Positions 8,671-18,495 of a stretch of 64,000 nucleotides of DNA are shown here, one piece after another; positions within the stretch are counted from its first letter, which is position 1; every line of letters begins with the position of its first letter. The stretch is from PVC group bacterium (lineage in GTDB: Bacteria > Omnitrophota > Gorgyraeia > B26-G9). The stretch is taken from contig JAAEQR010000072.1 in assembly GCA_024231215.1 (NCBI GenBank), positions 641,210 through 705,209 of the forward strand. The letters are read 5' to 3'. The position numbers and the translations under genes were made by a program. Under the pieces are notes generated by a model, which saw only the letters and a program-made list of their open reading frames with translations, was not told the DNA's origin and did no database searches.

Positions 8671-10347
8671 ATGAATGAAATAATTACGATTTTAAATATC
8701 CGGTTTGCAATATTAAAGAATAAATTGCGTAACGCGCATCAGCATTCGCGGCTTAAGATCTTTGTTGTTTGGTTTATGATCATCGGGATTCTAGGCGCTA
8801 CGTTTTATGTGCCGTACAAGGCATTTGTGTTTTTGCAGTCTATGGATCATGTGGGCAATGTGATTATTGAGCGCTTAATGTATTTATTGTTCATGGGGTT
8901 GTTTATGATGCTGGTTTTTTCAAATAGTATAATTTGTTATTCTACAGGCTATCGAGCCAGAGAGACTACCTATTTTTTTACACTTCCGATTAAATATGCC
9001 AATATATTCTTTGTGAAATTTATCGACTCAATAATCTTAAGCTCCTGGGCGTTTTTGTGTTTTTTACTACCGATCATGGCTGCATATGCTCATGTGAAAA
9101 ATCTTGGATTTATGTTTTATCTTACGCTTATTGTGTTTTTTGTGCCGTTTGCCGTGGTGGCTGCGGCAATTGGCAGTATGATCACTATGGCGATTGTCCG
9201 GTTCTTCCCGAGAAAGTTATATGCTATTCTGGGCTGGATTTTAGGTGTAGGGCTTGTTGCAGGGATTATCTGGCTGATTATTATCGGCAAAGGAGCAAAG
9301 ACCGAAGATGAATTTCTATTTGTGTTGACCAATCTAATTCCGCACTTTAGATTTACCCAGTTTGTTTTCGCGCCCAATTACTGGATCAGCGAAGGTATTT
9401 TTAAGGCTATTGCCTATGACTATGAAGGCAGTTTTTATTGGTGGCTTTTGCTTTTAAGTAACGCGTTAATGCTTGGACAGGCTGCGTATTTATGGTCAAA
9501 AAGAATATATTATGATGGCTGGGTAAATACTTCTTTTTCCGGGATAACGAAGAACTATTATGCGGGAAAAGGTATGGCTGATAAAATATGTCGCAGATTA
9601 TCTTGTGTTCCGCTTTGGATGCGTAGTTTAATCGTAAAGGATATAAAAGTTTTTTGCCGGGATCCAGTTCAGTGGTCGCAGTTCACTGTATTCTTTGGGC
9701 TCTTAGCGATCTATTTTGTGAATATTCGCAATTTCGGGTATGCAAATTTAATTCCGTTTTGGAAAAATATTGTTAGTTTTTTAAATCTAACATCCACGAA
9801 TTTAACATTGGCATCATTATCAGTAAGATTTGTCTTCCCTCAGCTAAGTTTAGAAGGGAAGAGTTTCTGGATATTGGGACTGGCTCCGATAAAAAGACAG
9901 AGTTTATTATTTGAAAAATTCTGGTTAAATAGTATTGCCGCATTATGTATAAGCTTGCCTTTGATCACGATTTCCAATTTGATGCTTAATGTTTCTCCAT
10001 TACAGATAATATTATCTATTTTTGTTGTGATATTGATGTGTTTTTCTTTGATTGCGCTATGTGTGGGGCTGGGAGCCTTGTTTCCGAATTTTAAAGAAGA
10101 CAATCCAGCCCAGATTGTTTCCGGCTTTGGCGGAACTTTGGCTTTGGTTTTATGTTTGGTATATATAGCGCTTAATGTTATGGCCCTGGCTATGCCGTTT
10201 CATTTACTGGTAACCGAGCAGATAGGGCAGGGGGCATTTCAGAAACTGCTGTGTATATCCTGCGTATTTGTTTTTATCCTCGGAGCGGTAAGTATTTTCT
10301 TGTCCTTATTTTTCGGCTCTCGAGCCTTGAAAAATCTAGAGATGTGA
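8671..10347 (+). CDS. ABC transporter permease (ABC-2-like, 10-12 TM helices)
   Basis: Highly hydrophobic 558-aa protein starting 8 nt after the ATPase gene. Confidence 0.6.
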   Translation: MNEIITILNIRFAILKNKLRNAHQHSRLKIFVVWFMIIGILGATFYVPYKAFVFLQSMDHVGNVIIERLMYLLFMGLFMMLVFSNSIICYSTGYRARETTYFFTLPIKYANIFFVKFIDSIILSSWAFLCFLLPIMAAYAHVKNLGFMFYLTLIVFFVPFAVVAAAIGSMITMAIVRFFPRKLYAILGWILGVGLVAGIIWLIIIGKGAKTEDEFLFVLTNLIPHFRFTQFVFAPNYWISEGIFKAIAYDYEGSFYWWLLLLSNALMLGQAAYLWSKRIYYDGWVNTSFSGITKNYYAGKGMADKICRRLSCVPLWMRSLIVKDIKVFCRDPVQWSQFTVFFGLLAIYFVNIRNFGYANLIPFWKNIVSFLNLTSTNLTLASLSVRFVFPQLSLEGKSFWILGLAPIKRQSLLFEKFWLNSIAALCISLPLITISNLMLNVSPLQIILSIFVVILMCFSLIALCVGLGALFPNFKEDNPAQIVSGFGGTLALVLCLVYIALNVMALAMPFHLLVTEQIGQGAFQKLLCISCVFVFILGAVSIFLSLFFGSRALKNLEM

Positions 10348-10454
10348 TCCTAATGAGACCAAAGGAGCCAGACTTATTTGGTCTTATTGAATAGGATTAT
10401 TTTCGTCTTTTATTTTTACCTTGTTTGTGTTAAAATATACGGTTAGTTGAAGAT

Positions 10455-11195
10455 ATGAAGCGATTTATATTTATTCTTATAATTTCTGTTTTTGTTAGCG
10501 GGTGCGCGACTTTTTTGAATCCACTTACCGGTAAGAAGGAAACTATCTTGCTGGATACTCCATATGAAGTTGCTTTGGGTGGGCATTTTAGTCGGCAGGT
10601 AGCTGGTCAATATAAAATCGAAGATGGTTTTGAATATAATGACCGGATACAGGTAATTACCCGGAAACTGGTTTCTGTGTGTGATCGCAAAGACTTGGCT
10701 TATCAGGTAAAGGTAATAAAAAATAAACAAATGAATGCCTTTGCCATGCCTGGTGGTTTTATTTATGTTAATACCGGGCTTATGGATAGTGTTGATGATG
10801 ATGAGCTGGCGGGTGTATTAGCGCATGAAATGGGGCATGTTGTAGCCCGGCACGGGGTGAAAAAACTAGCTGCAAACCTGGGAGCCGGAGTTGTAATGAG
10901 TATTGTGTTGCGTTCGGAGGATGATAAGGAGTTACAACAGCTAGTTGCTACTGGTTTTACTTTGGTAACTTTAGGCTATAGTCGTCAGGATGAGTATCAA
11001 GCAGACAAACTGGCGATTAAATATACATATTTGGCGGGGTATAATCCCCGAGGTGTAGTCAGTTTATTTGAAAAACTGAGGAGGGAACATGGTGATATCG
11101 CGGGTTTTGAAATCTGGTCAAGCACTCATCCACCGCTTTCGCAAAGAATCAACCACGCGGAAGAACAGATCAAGCGCTACCAGAGTGGCGGGTAA
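10455..11195 (+). CDS. M48-family zinc metallopeptidase lipoprotein
   Basis: Lipobox 'VSGCAT', 'HEMGHVVARH' (HExxH) and a downstream Glu. Confidence 0.75.
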   Translation: MKRFIFILIISVFVSGCATFLNPLTGKKETILLDTPYEVALGGHFSRQVAGQYKIEDGFEYNDRIQVITRKLVSVCDRKDLAYQVKVIKNKQMNAFAMPGGFIYVNTGLMDSVDDDELAGVLAHEMGHVVARHGVKKLAANLGAGVVMSIVLRSEDDKELQQLVATGFTLVTLGYSRQDEYQADKLAIKYTYLAGYNPRGVVSLFEKLRREHGDIAGFEIWSSTHPPLSQRINHAEEQIKRYQSGG

Positions 11196-11568
11196 TGTCT
11201 CTACCGGAACTACAAGTAATGACAGGAGAAAATTTTTTCGTTTAAGAGCTTTACTCGATGGGAAGTTTAAAACAGAAGATGGTGGTAACGGGTTAATGAG
11301 ACTTACTGATTTTACAAGGGAAGGTGTGCGGGCTTGTTTTAATCGTAAAGTGGAGTTGGGCAAGACAGTTGCGTTCGAAATATGGTTTCCTGGAAAAGTT
11401 GCCACAGCTAATGCCTCGGGGACGGTTGTCTGGCTAAAGCGAAATTCAAAAGCCTGGACCGGAAAATTTGACGCAGGTGTTAAGATAGAGGATATTTCTC
11501 CGGATGACCGGTGGAGAATTCTCGATTATGCTTATCAATATTGGAATCAGGAAAGAAAAAAAGCATGA
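11185..11568 (+). CDS. PilZ domain protein (second copy)
   Basis: 'RRKFFRLR' (RxxxR) and 'TDFTREGVRA' (D.T..G) motifs. The long ORF 11089-11568 overlaps the M48 gene; a GTG at 11185 is the likely start. Its stop overlaps the pyk start (ATGA). Confidence 0.5.
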   Translation: MAGNVSTGTTSNDRRKFFRLRALLDGKFKTEDGGNGLMRLTDFTREGVRACFNRKVELGKTVAFEIWFPGKVATANASGTVVWLKRNSKAWTGKFDAGVKIEDISPDDRWRILDYAYQYWNQERKKA

Positions 11569-12983
11569 AGCAATACTGGAATAAGACAAAGGTGATTTGT
11601 ACAATTGGTCCGGCTTGTACTAAATCATCAATTTTAAAAAAGATGATCTTATCCGGTATGGATGTAGCCAGGTTTAATTTTTCACACGGTAAGCCGGCTG
11701 AACAGGTAGCTGTGATAAAATCTTTGCAGGTTATTGCTCAGCGTTTAAAAATGCCTACAGCTATTTTGCAGGATTTGCCGGGGCCGAAGATCAGGATCGG
11801 ACGTTTAAAAGATGATGTGGCTGTACTTGAAGAAGGCCAGACATTTTTTCTTACCGGTAAGAATGTGATCGGTAGTTCTCTTGGGGCATATGTTAATAAT
11901 AAACGGTTCCTGAAGGCTTTAAAGACGAATAATGTTTTATATCTTAATGACGGCTTGGTTAAGCTGAGAGTAATGTCTCGGCGCAGGGATAATGTTATTT
12001 GTGAAGTCATGGCCGGAGGCCGGGTTTATTCCCGAAAAGGAGTTAATTGTCCTGGCTTGTTTGATCTTGATCCGGTTACGGATTATGATCTTAAATGTCT
12101 TCAGTACGGAATAAAGGCAGGGGTTGACTATGTCGCGGTTTCTTTTGTGCAAAAAGCCAGGGATATCGAAAAGGTTAAAAAATACTTACAGCGTAGAGGA
12201 AGTAAGGATATTTTAGTTGTAGCAAAGATAGAGCGGAAAGTTGCGTTTGAAAATATTGACAAGATTATTAAGGTTAGTGACGCGGTAATGGTTGCGCGGG
12301 GAGATTTAGGGATAGAAGCTAATTTAGAAGAAATCCCGTTTTTACAGAAAGAAATCATAAAAAAGTGTAATGCTTATGGACGGCCGGTAATTACGGCGAC
12401 GCAGATGCTTGAATCAATGGTTGTTAATCCGAGGCCGACAAGAGCTGAGGTTACGGATATTGCTAATGCGATTATTGACGGAACAGATGCTTTGATGCTT
12501 TCTGAAGAAACAGCGATTGGTAAATATCCGGTAAAAGCTTTACAGGCGATGCTCAAGATAGCGAGTAAGACTGAGGAAAAACTTAAATCTTTTTCCAAGT
12601 CGATTAACTATGAGACTGAAGTTGATAATCAGGTAAGAGAATTAAGCCGGGCGGCTGTAAGCGTAGCAAATAATCTGGATGCTAAGGCGATTGTTGTGCC
12701 GACTGAGAATGTTCATTCTATTTCCTGGCTGAGCCGTTTGCGTCCGGATAGTACTATTGCCGGAGTAACGAGTGATATGTCGGTATTTAAAAAGTTAATA
12801 TTATTCTGGGGAGTATACCCGGTAATGGTGAAAAAATTTAAGGGGTTAAGTCAAACTCTGAATATGTGTGTAAAATTAGTCGAAAAACGAGGCTTGTTAA
12901 AGAAGAATGATAATGCGGTAATCCTTTTAACCGATGATAACCGTTTGTTCTCTTCAAATATAATGGAAGTCCGTAAAGTGTAA
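11565..12983 (+). CDS. pyk: pyruvate kinase
   Basis: 'KTKVICTIGPA', 'RFNFSHG' and 'MVARGDLGIE' motifs. Full-length, about 470 aa. Confidence 0.85.
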   Translation: MKQYWNKTKVICTIGPACTKSSILKKMILSGMDVARFNFSHGKPAEQVAVIKSLQVIAQRLKMPTAILQDLPGPKIRIGRLKDDVAVLEEGQTFFLTGKNVIGSSLGAYVNNKRFLKALKTNNVLYLNDGLVKLRVMSRRRDNVICEVMAGGRVYSRKGVNCPGLFDLDPVTDYDLKCLQYGIKAGVDYVAVSFVQKARDIEKVKKYLQRRGSKDILVVAKIERKVAFENIDKIIKVSDAVMVARGDLGIEANLEEIPFLQKEIIKKCNAYGRPVITATQMLESMVVNPRPTRAEVTDIANAIIDGTDALMLSEETAIGKYPVKALQAMLKIASKTEEKLKSFSKSINYETEVDNQVRELSRAAVSVANNLDAKAIVVPTENVHSISWLSRLRPDSTIAGVTSDMSVFKKLILFWGVYPVMVKKFKGLSQTLNMCVKLVEKRGLLKKNDNAVILLTDDNRLFSSNIMEVRKV

Positions 12984-13009
12984 ACCTTAAACCTATTCTG
13001 TTTATCCTT

Positions 13010-14272
13010 ATGAAAATGAAAAATTATTTATTCTTGTTTTTGTTGTGTGTGAGTATGCTTTGTATCGATGTCAGTTTTTTGTCGGCAGAAGTAGAGGCTC
13101 CTTTTCCCATGATTACTGTGGCTTCTCCTGAATACGGTGTGTCGGATATTGATACAACTACAGATATATTGGTTACGTTTAGTGGTGTAATGCATAAGAA
13201 ATCAGTAGAGGAAAGTTTTTATATCTTTCCGGAAATAAAAGGGAAGTTTAAGTGGGAAAAAAACACCCTAGTATTTAAGCCGCGTAAGCAATTGCTTCCG
13301 TCTACATCGTATTTTGTTACGTTTACTTCAGGTGTGAAAGGCGCAAACGGGATGCCTCTTATCCTGACGTATTTTAGTACTACCCCACAAGCATTGTGTG
13401 TAGGCCCAGAAGGAGAGTTGCAGATAGTCGGGAAGAATACTCAGGTGGAAAAGCTCAAGGTTAAAGGGAATAATCCTGTGTGGTCATCTGATAACAGCCG
13501 GATTGTATATGATTATGAAGGAGAAATCTGGACGGTAGATAGTGATGGTAAGGATGAAATACAGCTTACTGAAGATGAATCTCTTATTGCCAGCTACCCC
13601 AGATGTAATCCATTTACAGAATTAATTGCTTTTGTTGGAACAAACTCTGCCGGAGGAGCTAATGTTTTTACGGTTGAAACAGAAACAAAGATTATTAGAC
13701 AGCTGACTGCTTTTTTTGATTCACAGGGTGTTAATGAAATTAAATGGTCTCCGGATGGACTTTATTGTGCTTTTCTGCGGGGTGGACAGATCTGGATTAT
13801 GAACCCGGACGGAACGAATATGCGTCGACTGACAACGAATGACTTGCAGTGTGAAGGGAATTTTTCCTGGTCTCCGGCCGGTACCAAGATCGCGTTTTCC
13901 GGAGATGAAAATGTTTGGGTCGGAGATATCTATTCTTTAGAGTTCAGGAAGCTTTCTTTTGATAATCCAAAAACCGGCAGACTTGACTGGGCGAAGAACA
14001 ATAAAGTAGTTTATGAGGCTGAAGGGTTAACAATTATGGATTCCGATGGTAGTGCGGAAATCCAGGTAGCTACAGCCGGTAAAAATCCGCTTTGGATCAA
14101 CTCCGGGAAATATTTAAGTTATATTTTACCGCTTTATAATAAAAAAAATACCGCACAACTCTGGCTAATGAGCGCAGACGGTCTAACTAAAGAAAAGATT
14201 GCTGTTATTGGTGCAGGCAGTGATTTTGTGTCTTGGTCTAAGAATATCGGTTTTTCCCGTTTAAACCAATAA
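13010..14272 (+). CDS. secreted TolB-like PD40/WD40 beta-propeller protein with an N-terminal Ig-like domain
   Basis: Signal peptide and repeated 'W(S)PDG' PD40 motifs ('IKWSPDGLYCAF', 'FSWSPAGTKIAF'). Confidence 0.6.
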   Translation: MKMKNYLFLFLLCVSMLCIDVSFLSAEVEAPFPMITVASPEYGVSDIDTTTDILVTFSGVMHKKSVEESFYIFPEIKGKFKWEKNTLVFKPRKQLLPSTSYFVTFTSGVKGANGMPLILTYFSTTPQALCVGPEGELQIVGKNTQVEKLKVKGNNPVWSSDNSRIVYDYEGEIWTVDSDGKDEIQLTEDESLIASYPRCNPFTELIAFVGTNSAGGANVFTVETETKIIRQLTAFFDSQGVNEIKWSPDGLYCAFLRGGQIWIMNPDGTNMRRLTTNDLQCEGNFSWSPAGTKIAFSGDENVWVGDIYSLEFRKLSFDNPKTGRLDWAKNNKVVYEAEGLTIMDSDGSAEIQVATAGKNPLWINSGKYLSYILPLYNKKNTAQLWLMSADGLTKEKIAVIGAGSDFVSWSKNIGFSRLNQ

Positions 14273-14290
14273 TCTAATATGAAATCAGGT

Positions 14291-15745
14291 TTATGATCTT
14301 CTTCGTAGGTGAGAGGAAGGTATTTTTAATGCGTTACGATACTTGGTTACTGCCCTTCGGGAAATATGTATTCCTTGTTTAGCTAGATTATCTACAATTT
14401 GCTGGTCACTAAGAGGAGTCTGAGGTGACTCTGTTTTGACCATCTCATCGATAGTTACCTTTACTTTCTGACTGGACATATCTCCGTTTTCAGAAGCAAT
14501 AGATTGGCTGAAGAAGTTTTTCAGAGCAAAAGTTCCGTGTGGCGTCTGGATATATTTATTTGCTACCGTGCGGCTGATCGTTGAAGGATGTACCTGCATA
14601 AGTTCTGCAATTTCCTTTAACTTTAAAGGTTTAAGATCGGAAATGCCTTTTTCTAAAAAATCCTGCTGGTATTCAATGATGTGACTAGTTACTTTCTTTA
14701 AAGTCAGCTGTCTTTGTGTGAGTCCACTGATTAGATTTTCTGCACTTTTTAGTTTTTCTTTGATAAACTTCAGTGTTTCTTCAGGGCATGATTTATCTTT
14801 AAGCATTTTTTTGTATAGTTTGCTTATCGAGAATTGAGGGATGTTTTTTGTATTGATAATTATCTCATAATTGTCCGAAGTTTTTTCCAGAAGTATATCA
14901 GGGACTATTCTTAGTGCTTCCTGAGAATAATTGCGGCATGGTTTAGGATCAAGGCGGCTAATGTTATAAACATACTTTTTTATCTGAGGCAAAGATATTT
15001 TTAAAGCTTTACTTATTTTTTGATATTTCTTTGCGGCAAGCTCTGGGAGGAATCCGGCGACAATTGTAGCTTCCGGGGAATCTTCTTTACCGTTACGTTT
15101 TAATTGGATAAGCAGGCATTCTTTTAAATCTCTAGCTGCTACTCCGGAAGGCTCTAACTCTTGTATTTGTTTAAGTATTTCATCAACTTTTTCTACTGTA
15201 CAATTTAAACTTTGGGCGATTTCATCTGTTGAGGTGGGTAAATATCCGTTTTCATTAATGCTTCCGATTATTTGTTCAGCAATTATCCGGTCATCTTCGT
15301 CGGTATTTATTAACCGGAATTGTTGAGTAAGTTCTTCCTGAATTGTGATTGATTTTGTGATCAGGGTTTGCTGAAAATCGTGTTTTTCCATGGATTGGGA
15401 AATTCTATTCTTATCAACGAATTCCGAACTCCAGATATTATCATTACTCAGCCAGTCTAATTCCAGATTAGCGTTATTTTTCTGATCGTCGATTATCTTT
15501 TGATCTACTTCAGTTGGCTCTGTTTCTACGGGTGGGGAAGGCTCAGTTGTTTTGTTCTCCTCTGGGGTATTTTCAGCCGGAGTAGCAATTTCTTCTTCGA
15601 TTACCGGATTAGTGGCTAGTTCTTCAGCAATAAGTTGATTGAGTTCTAAGATCGGCAGCTGCAGGATGTGCATGGACTGCTGCATCTTAGCTGTCATAAT
15701 TAGTTTTTGTACTTGTTTTTGTTGTAGTCGTTGGTGTAGCTCCAT
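14291..15745 (-). CDS. rpoN: RNA polymerase sigma-54 factor
   Basis: N-terminal 'MELHQRLQQKQ...LQLP..EL' glutamine-rich region and a C-terminal RpoN box 'ISRRAVTKYRNALKIP'. An AGGAGG RBS sits 8 nt upstream of the ATG at 15745. Confidence 0.85.
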   Translation of the reverse strand: MELHQRLQQKQVQKLIMTAKMQQSMHILQLPILELNQLIAEELATNPVIEEEIATPAENTPEENKTTEPSPPVETEPTEVDQKIIDDQKNNANLELDWLSNDNIWSSEFVDKNRISQSMEKHDFQQTLITKSITIQEELTQQFRLINTDEDDRIIAEQIIGSINENGYLPTSTDEIAQSLNCTVEKVDEILKQIQELEPSGVAARDLKECLLIQLKRNGKEDSPEATIVAGFLPELAAKKYQKISKALKISLPQIKKYVYNISRLDPKPCRNYSQEALRIVPDILLEKTSDNYEIIINTKNIPQFSISKLYKKMLKDKSCPEETLKFIKEKLKSAENLISGLTQRQLTLKKVTSHIIEYQQDFLEKGISDLKPLKLKEIAELMQVHPSTISRTVANKYIQTPHGTFALKNFFSQSIASENGDMSSQKVKVTIDEMVKTESPQTPLSDQQIVDNLAKQGIHISRRAVTKYRNALKIPSSHLRRRS

Positions 15746-15844
15746 CTTATGTTTTCCTCCTGAGTTCAATTATAACTCAAGTTTAAAAGCAAAGCAAGAT
15801 GTCAATTTGCCGTCGGATGAAAGTTGTGTTATACTCATAACTTA

Positions 15845-17221
15845 ATGGAAAAAATTCTTCTACTTAATCCTCCGGGTAAGCATCAATATCTAAGGGATCA
15901 ATACTGTAGTTCATCGACAAAGGCCGATTATTACTGGCCGCCGGTTGATCTTTTGGTTTTAAGCGGTATTCTTGGTAGTTGTTTTGAGCTGGGGGTATTG
16001 GATGCTATTGTCGAAAGAGTGGATAACGCTTATGTTCTTGAATGCATCGAACATGGTGGCTATGAAGTTGTAGTTGCTTTGTCTTCGGGGGCAAGCAAAC
16101 AAGAAGATTTCGCTTTATTTAAAGAGATAAAGCGGCGTTTTAATATCCCGCTTATTGTTAATGCCGGATTTTTGCGGTTTGATACAGGGGCTTATCTTAC
16201 AAAATATCCATTCATAGACGCAGTGATCACAGATTATACTGAGCCAGGAATCATTGATTTTCTTAAAGGAGAGAGAATTAAATCTCTGAGAGGGATATCA
16301 TATCTAAACAATTCCGGGTTATTGTGCGATTGGAATACAGAAGACGCTGATTTTTCTTATCCAATGCCGCAGCATGAGCTTTTTACTCTGGATAAGTATT
16401 ACTCCCCGCAGGTGAAACAATATCCGTTTAGTTGTGTTATTGTTTCCAGTGGTTGTAAATATAAATGCCGCTTTTGTGCCAATGCCAAGATAAAATATCG
16501 TCGCAGAGATCTGAACAATATCATTGAGGAGTTGCGATATTTGAAAAAGATTGGGATTAATGAAGTGCATTTTCCCGATTTTACGTTTACTGCGGATCGG
16601 GAGCATTGTTTGGGAATTTGCCGGGTAATGATTAAAGAGGACTTAGGTATGTCCTGGGATTGTTTGACCCGGGCTGACTGCTTTGATGAAGAACTCGCTT
16701 GTATAATGAAGCAAGCCGGGTGTCACACTATACAGTTTGGACTTGAATCAAAAAATGAGACAGTGCTTAAAAACATGGCTAAACCCATGAGAAACGAAGT
16801 AGTAAGAAAGGCTTTTTCTGCATGTCGCAAGCTTGGGATTGAAACTTTGGGGTTTTTTATTATCGGATTACCGGGGGAAAATAAACAGAGCATAAAAGAT
16901 ACAGTGGCTTTTGCCCGGGAGCTTGATTGTGATTATGTTTCTTTTTCGATATTTGTGCCGGATTTTGGCAGTGATATTCGGGATGAACTAATAGAACAAA
17001 ATCCAGAGCTTAAGAATGTGGAGTGTTTTGACCGGACTAAATTCCCGGTTTTGGGAAATGAGTTTTTGAGTAAAGATGATATCTGGGGTTTAAGAAAAAA
17101 AGCATTAAAGGATTTTTATTTTCGTCCTGGGTATATCTGGAAGCGTTTGAAAAAGATGAAAAGTTTGACTGATTTAAAATCTGCGGTTCGGATCTTCGGG
17201 ACGCTGTTGCGAGGTTGCTAA
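15845..17221 (+). CDS. class B (B12-binding domain) radical SAM protein 1
   Basis: N-terminal B12-binding-like Rossmann region and 'SSGCKYKCRFCAN' (CxxxCxxC). The ATG at 15845 lies about 10 nt downstream of a TTGCCG, 17-nt spacer, TGtTATACT promoter, so the mRNA may be leaderless. Confidence 0.7.
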   Translation: MEKILLLNPPGKHQYLRDQYCSSSTKADYYWPPVDLLVLSGILGSCFELGVLDAIVERVDNAYVLECIEHGGYEVVVALSSGASKQEDFALFKEIKRRFNIPLIVNAGFLRFDTGAYLTKYPFIDAVITDYTEPGIIDFLKGERIKSLRGISYLNNSGLLCDWNTEDADFSYPMPQHELFTLDKYYSPQVKQYPFSCVIVSSGCKYKCRFCANAKIKYRRRDLNNIIEELRYLKKIGINEVHFPDFTFTADREHCLGICRVMIKEDLGMSWDCLTRADCFDEELACIMKQAGCHTIQFGLESKNETVLKNMAKPMRNEVVRKAFSACRKLGIETLGFFIIGLPGENKQSIKDTVAFARELDCDYVSFSIFVPDFGSDIRDELIEQNPELKNVECFDRTKFPVLGNEFLSKDDIWGLRKKALKDFYFRPGYIWKRLKKMKSLTDLKSAVRIFGTLLRGC

Positions 17222-18495
17222 TGAAGATAGCGATTATTGGTGCAGGGATAAGCGGGCTTTTAACGGCATATTATCTAAAGGGGTATGCGGATGTTACTGT
17301 ATATGAAAAAGAAGCAGATGCCGGCGGCTTAAGTGCGAGTATAGCTCATGACGGAATTCGGGTTGAAAAATATAATCATTTTATAAGTGTAAAAGATGAG
17401 GAATTTATCCGGGTAGTGTCTATGTTGGGCCTTGAAGAAGAGCTGCAGTGGGCCCGGGTAAAGCACGGGTTTATTCTGGGGGATAATTTGTGGGGCATGA
17501 ATACCCCAGGAGAGTTGTTTTTCTTTTCTCATTTAAGTTGGACGGGGAAAATCAAGCTGGCAAAGTTTATGATAAAAGCGAGTTTGCGTTCCGATGCCCG
17601 GGATTTGCAAGATATAAGTGCTAGAGATTGGATAGAGAAAGAATGCGGCAAAGATGTATTTAGGAGTTTTTTTGAGCCGCTTTTAGAGTATAAATTCACG
17701 CACTTTGAAGATGTAACAGCTGCGTATTTATGGGCGAGAATAAATGAAGGAAAGAAGAATAAAATAGGATGTTTGCGTAATGGCTTGGATGTCGTATTTG
17801 GAGAATTAAAAAAACAGGTAAGTCAAAAGGCACAGGTTTTGTTCAACAGTCCGGTAAAGAAGATTGTGAAAAATGATTCAGGTCTTTGGAGGGTGATTAC
17901 AAATAGGGAAGATAAATTATATGATCTGGTGATCTCTACCATATCAATAAAACAGACTTCACAGCTTGGACCGGAATTGTTGAAAATTACCGGGGATTTG
18001 AACCGAATTGATTATCTTAGCGTGTCTTCTTTGATCTTAGCAGTGGATCAGCCTTTAAAAAACGGCTGGTGGCTGTTTATGGCTGATCAGGGGCACGGGG
18101 GAAAATTCGGGATGAGGGTAGTTGTGGATGCTTTTTTTATTGCCGGTAAGAATTTTGTTTATTTCCCGGTCTATCAGCGTCAGAGTCAGGAGTCTATAAT
18201 CGAGAAAGAACAATTGCTGCAGGAGTGTTTCCAAGTCTTAAAAAGAATAAATCCTGGTTTTAATGAAGCATGGGTTAAAAAACATTATTTTTTCCAGGAT
18301 AAGTTTGTAGAACCGGTACTGAATAAGAATTTTTTCAGGTTGCTGAATGTATTACCAGAAGATAGTAAAGGTCTATATATCCATGAAGCGGTATTTCAAG
18401 AAGGACTATTGAAAACTTTAAATACATCTGCGATAAAAAGCAGAATTATCGCAGAACAGATAAGGAATAATGATGTACGGAACAATTCAGGTTGA
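17221..18495 (+). CDS. FAD/NAD(P)-dependent oxidoreductase (amine oxidase / phytoene desaturase-like fold)
   Basis: 'IAIIGAGISGLLTAYYL...VYEKEADAGGL' dinucleotide-binding motif. TAATG overlap with the upstream gene. Confidence 0.7.
   Translation: MKIAIIGAGISGLLTAYYLKGYADVTVYEKEADAGGLSASIAHDGIRVEKYNHFISVKDEEFIRVVSMLGLEEELQWARVKHGFILGDNLWGMNTPGELFFFSHLSWTGKIKLAKFMIKASLRSDARDLQDISARDWIEKECGKDVFRSFFEPLLEYKFTHFEDVTAAYLWARINEGKKNKIGCLRNGLDVVFGELKKQVSQKAQVLFNSPVKKIVKNDSGLWRVITNREDKLYDLVISTISIKQTSQLGPELLKITGDLNRIDYLSVSSLILAVDQPLKNGWWLFMADQGHGGKFGMRVVVDAFFIAGKNFVYFPVYQRQSQESIIEKEQLLQECFQVLKRINPGFNEAWVKKHYFFQDKFVEPVLNKNFFRLLNVLPEDSKGLYIHEAVFQEGLLKTLNTSAIKSRIIAEQIRNNDVRNNSG

Noticed and set aside
9057-9377. 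Internal and antisense ORFs (84 and 86 aa) inside the ABC permease gene
   Set aside because: The 84-aa one overlaps a strongly hydrophobic, well-supported permease ORF in another frame and has a Cys/Arg-rich composition typical of out-of-frame artefacts.
11089-11184. The long N-terminal extension of the second PilZ ORF, overlapping the M48 peptidase by 107 nt
   Set aside because: The PilZ domain begins at the RRKFFR motif. The extension is low-complexity (S/T/R-rich) and fully inside the M48 coding region, so a GTG start at 11185 is more plausible.
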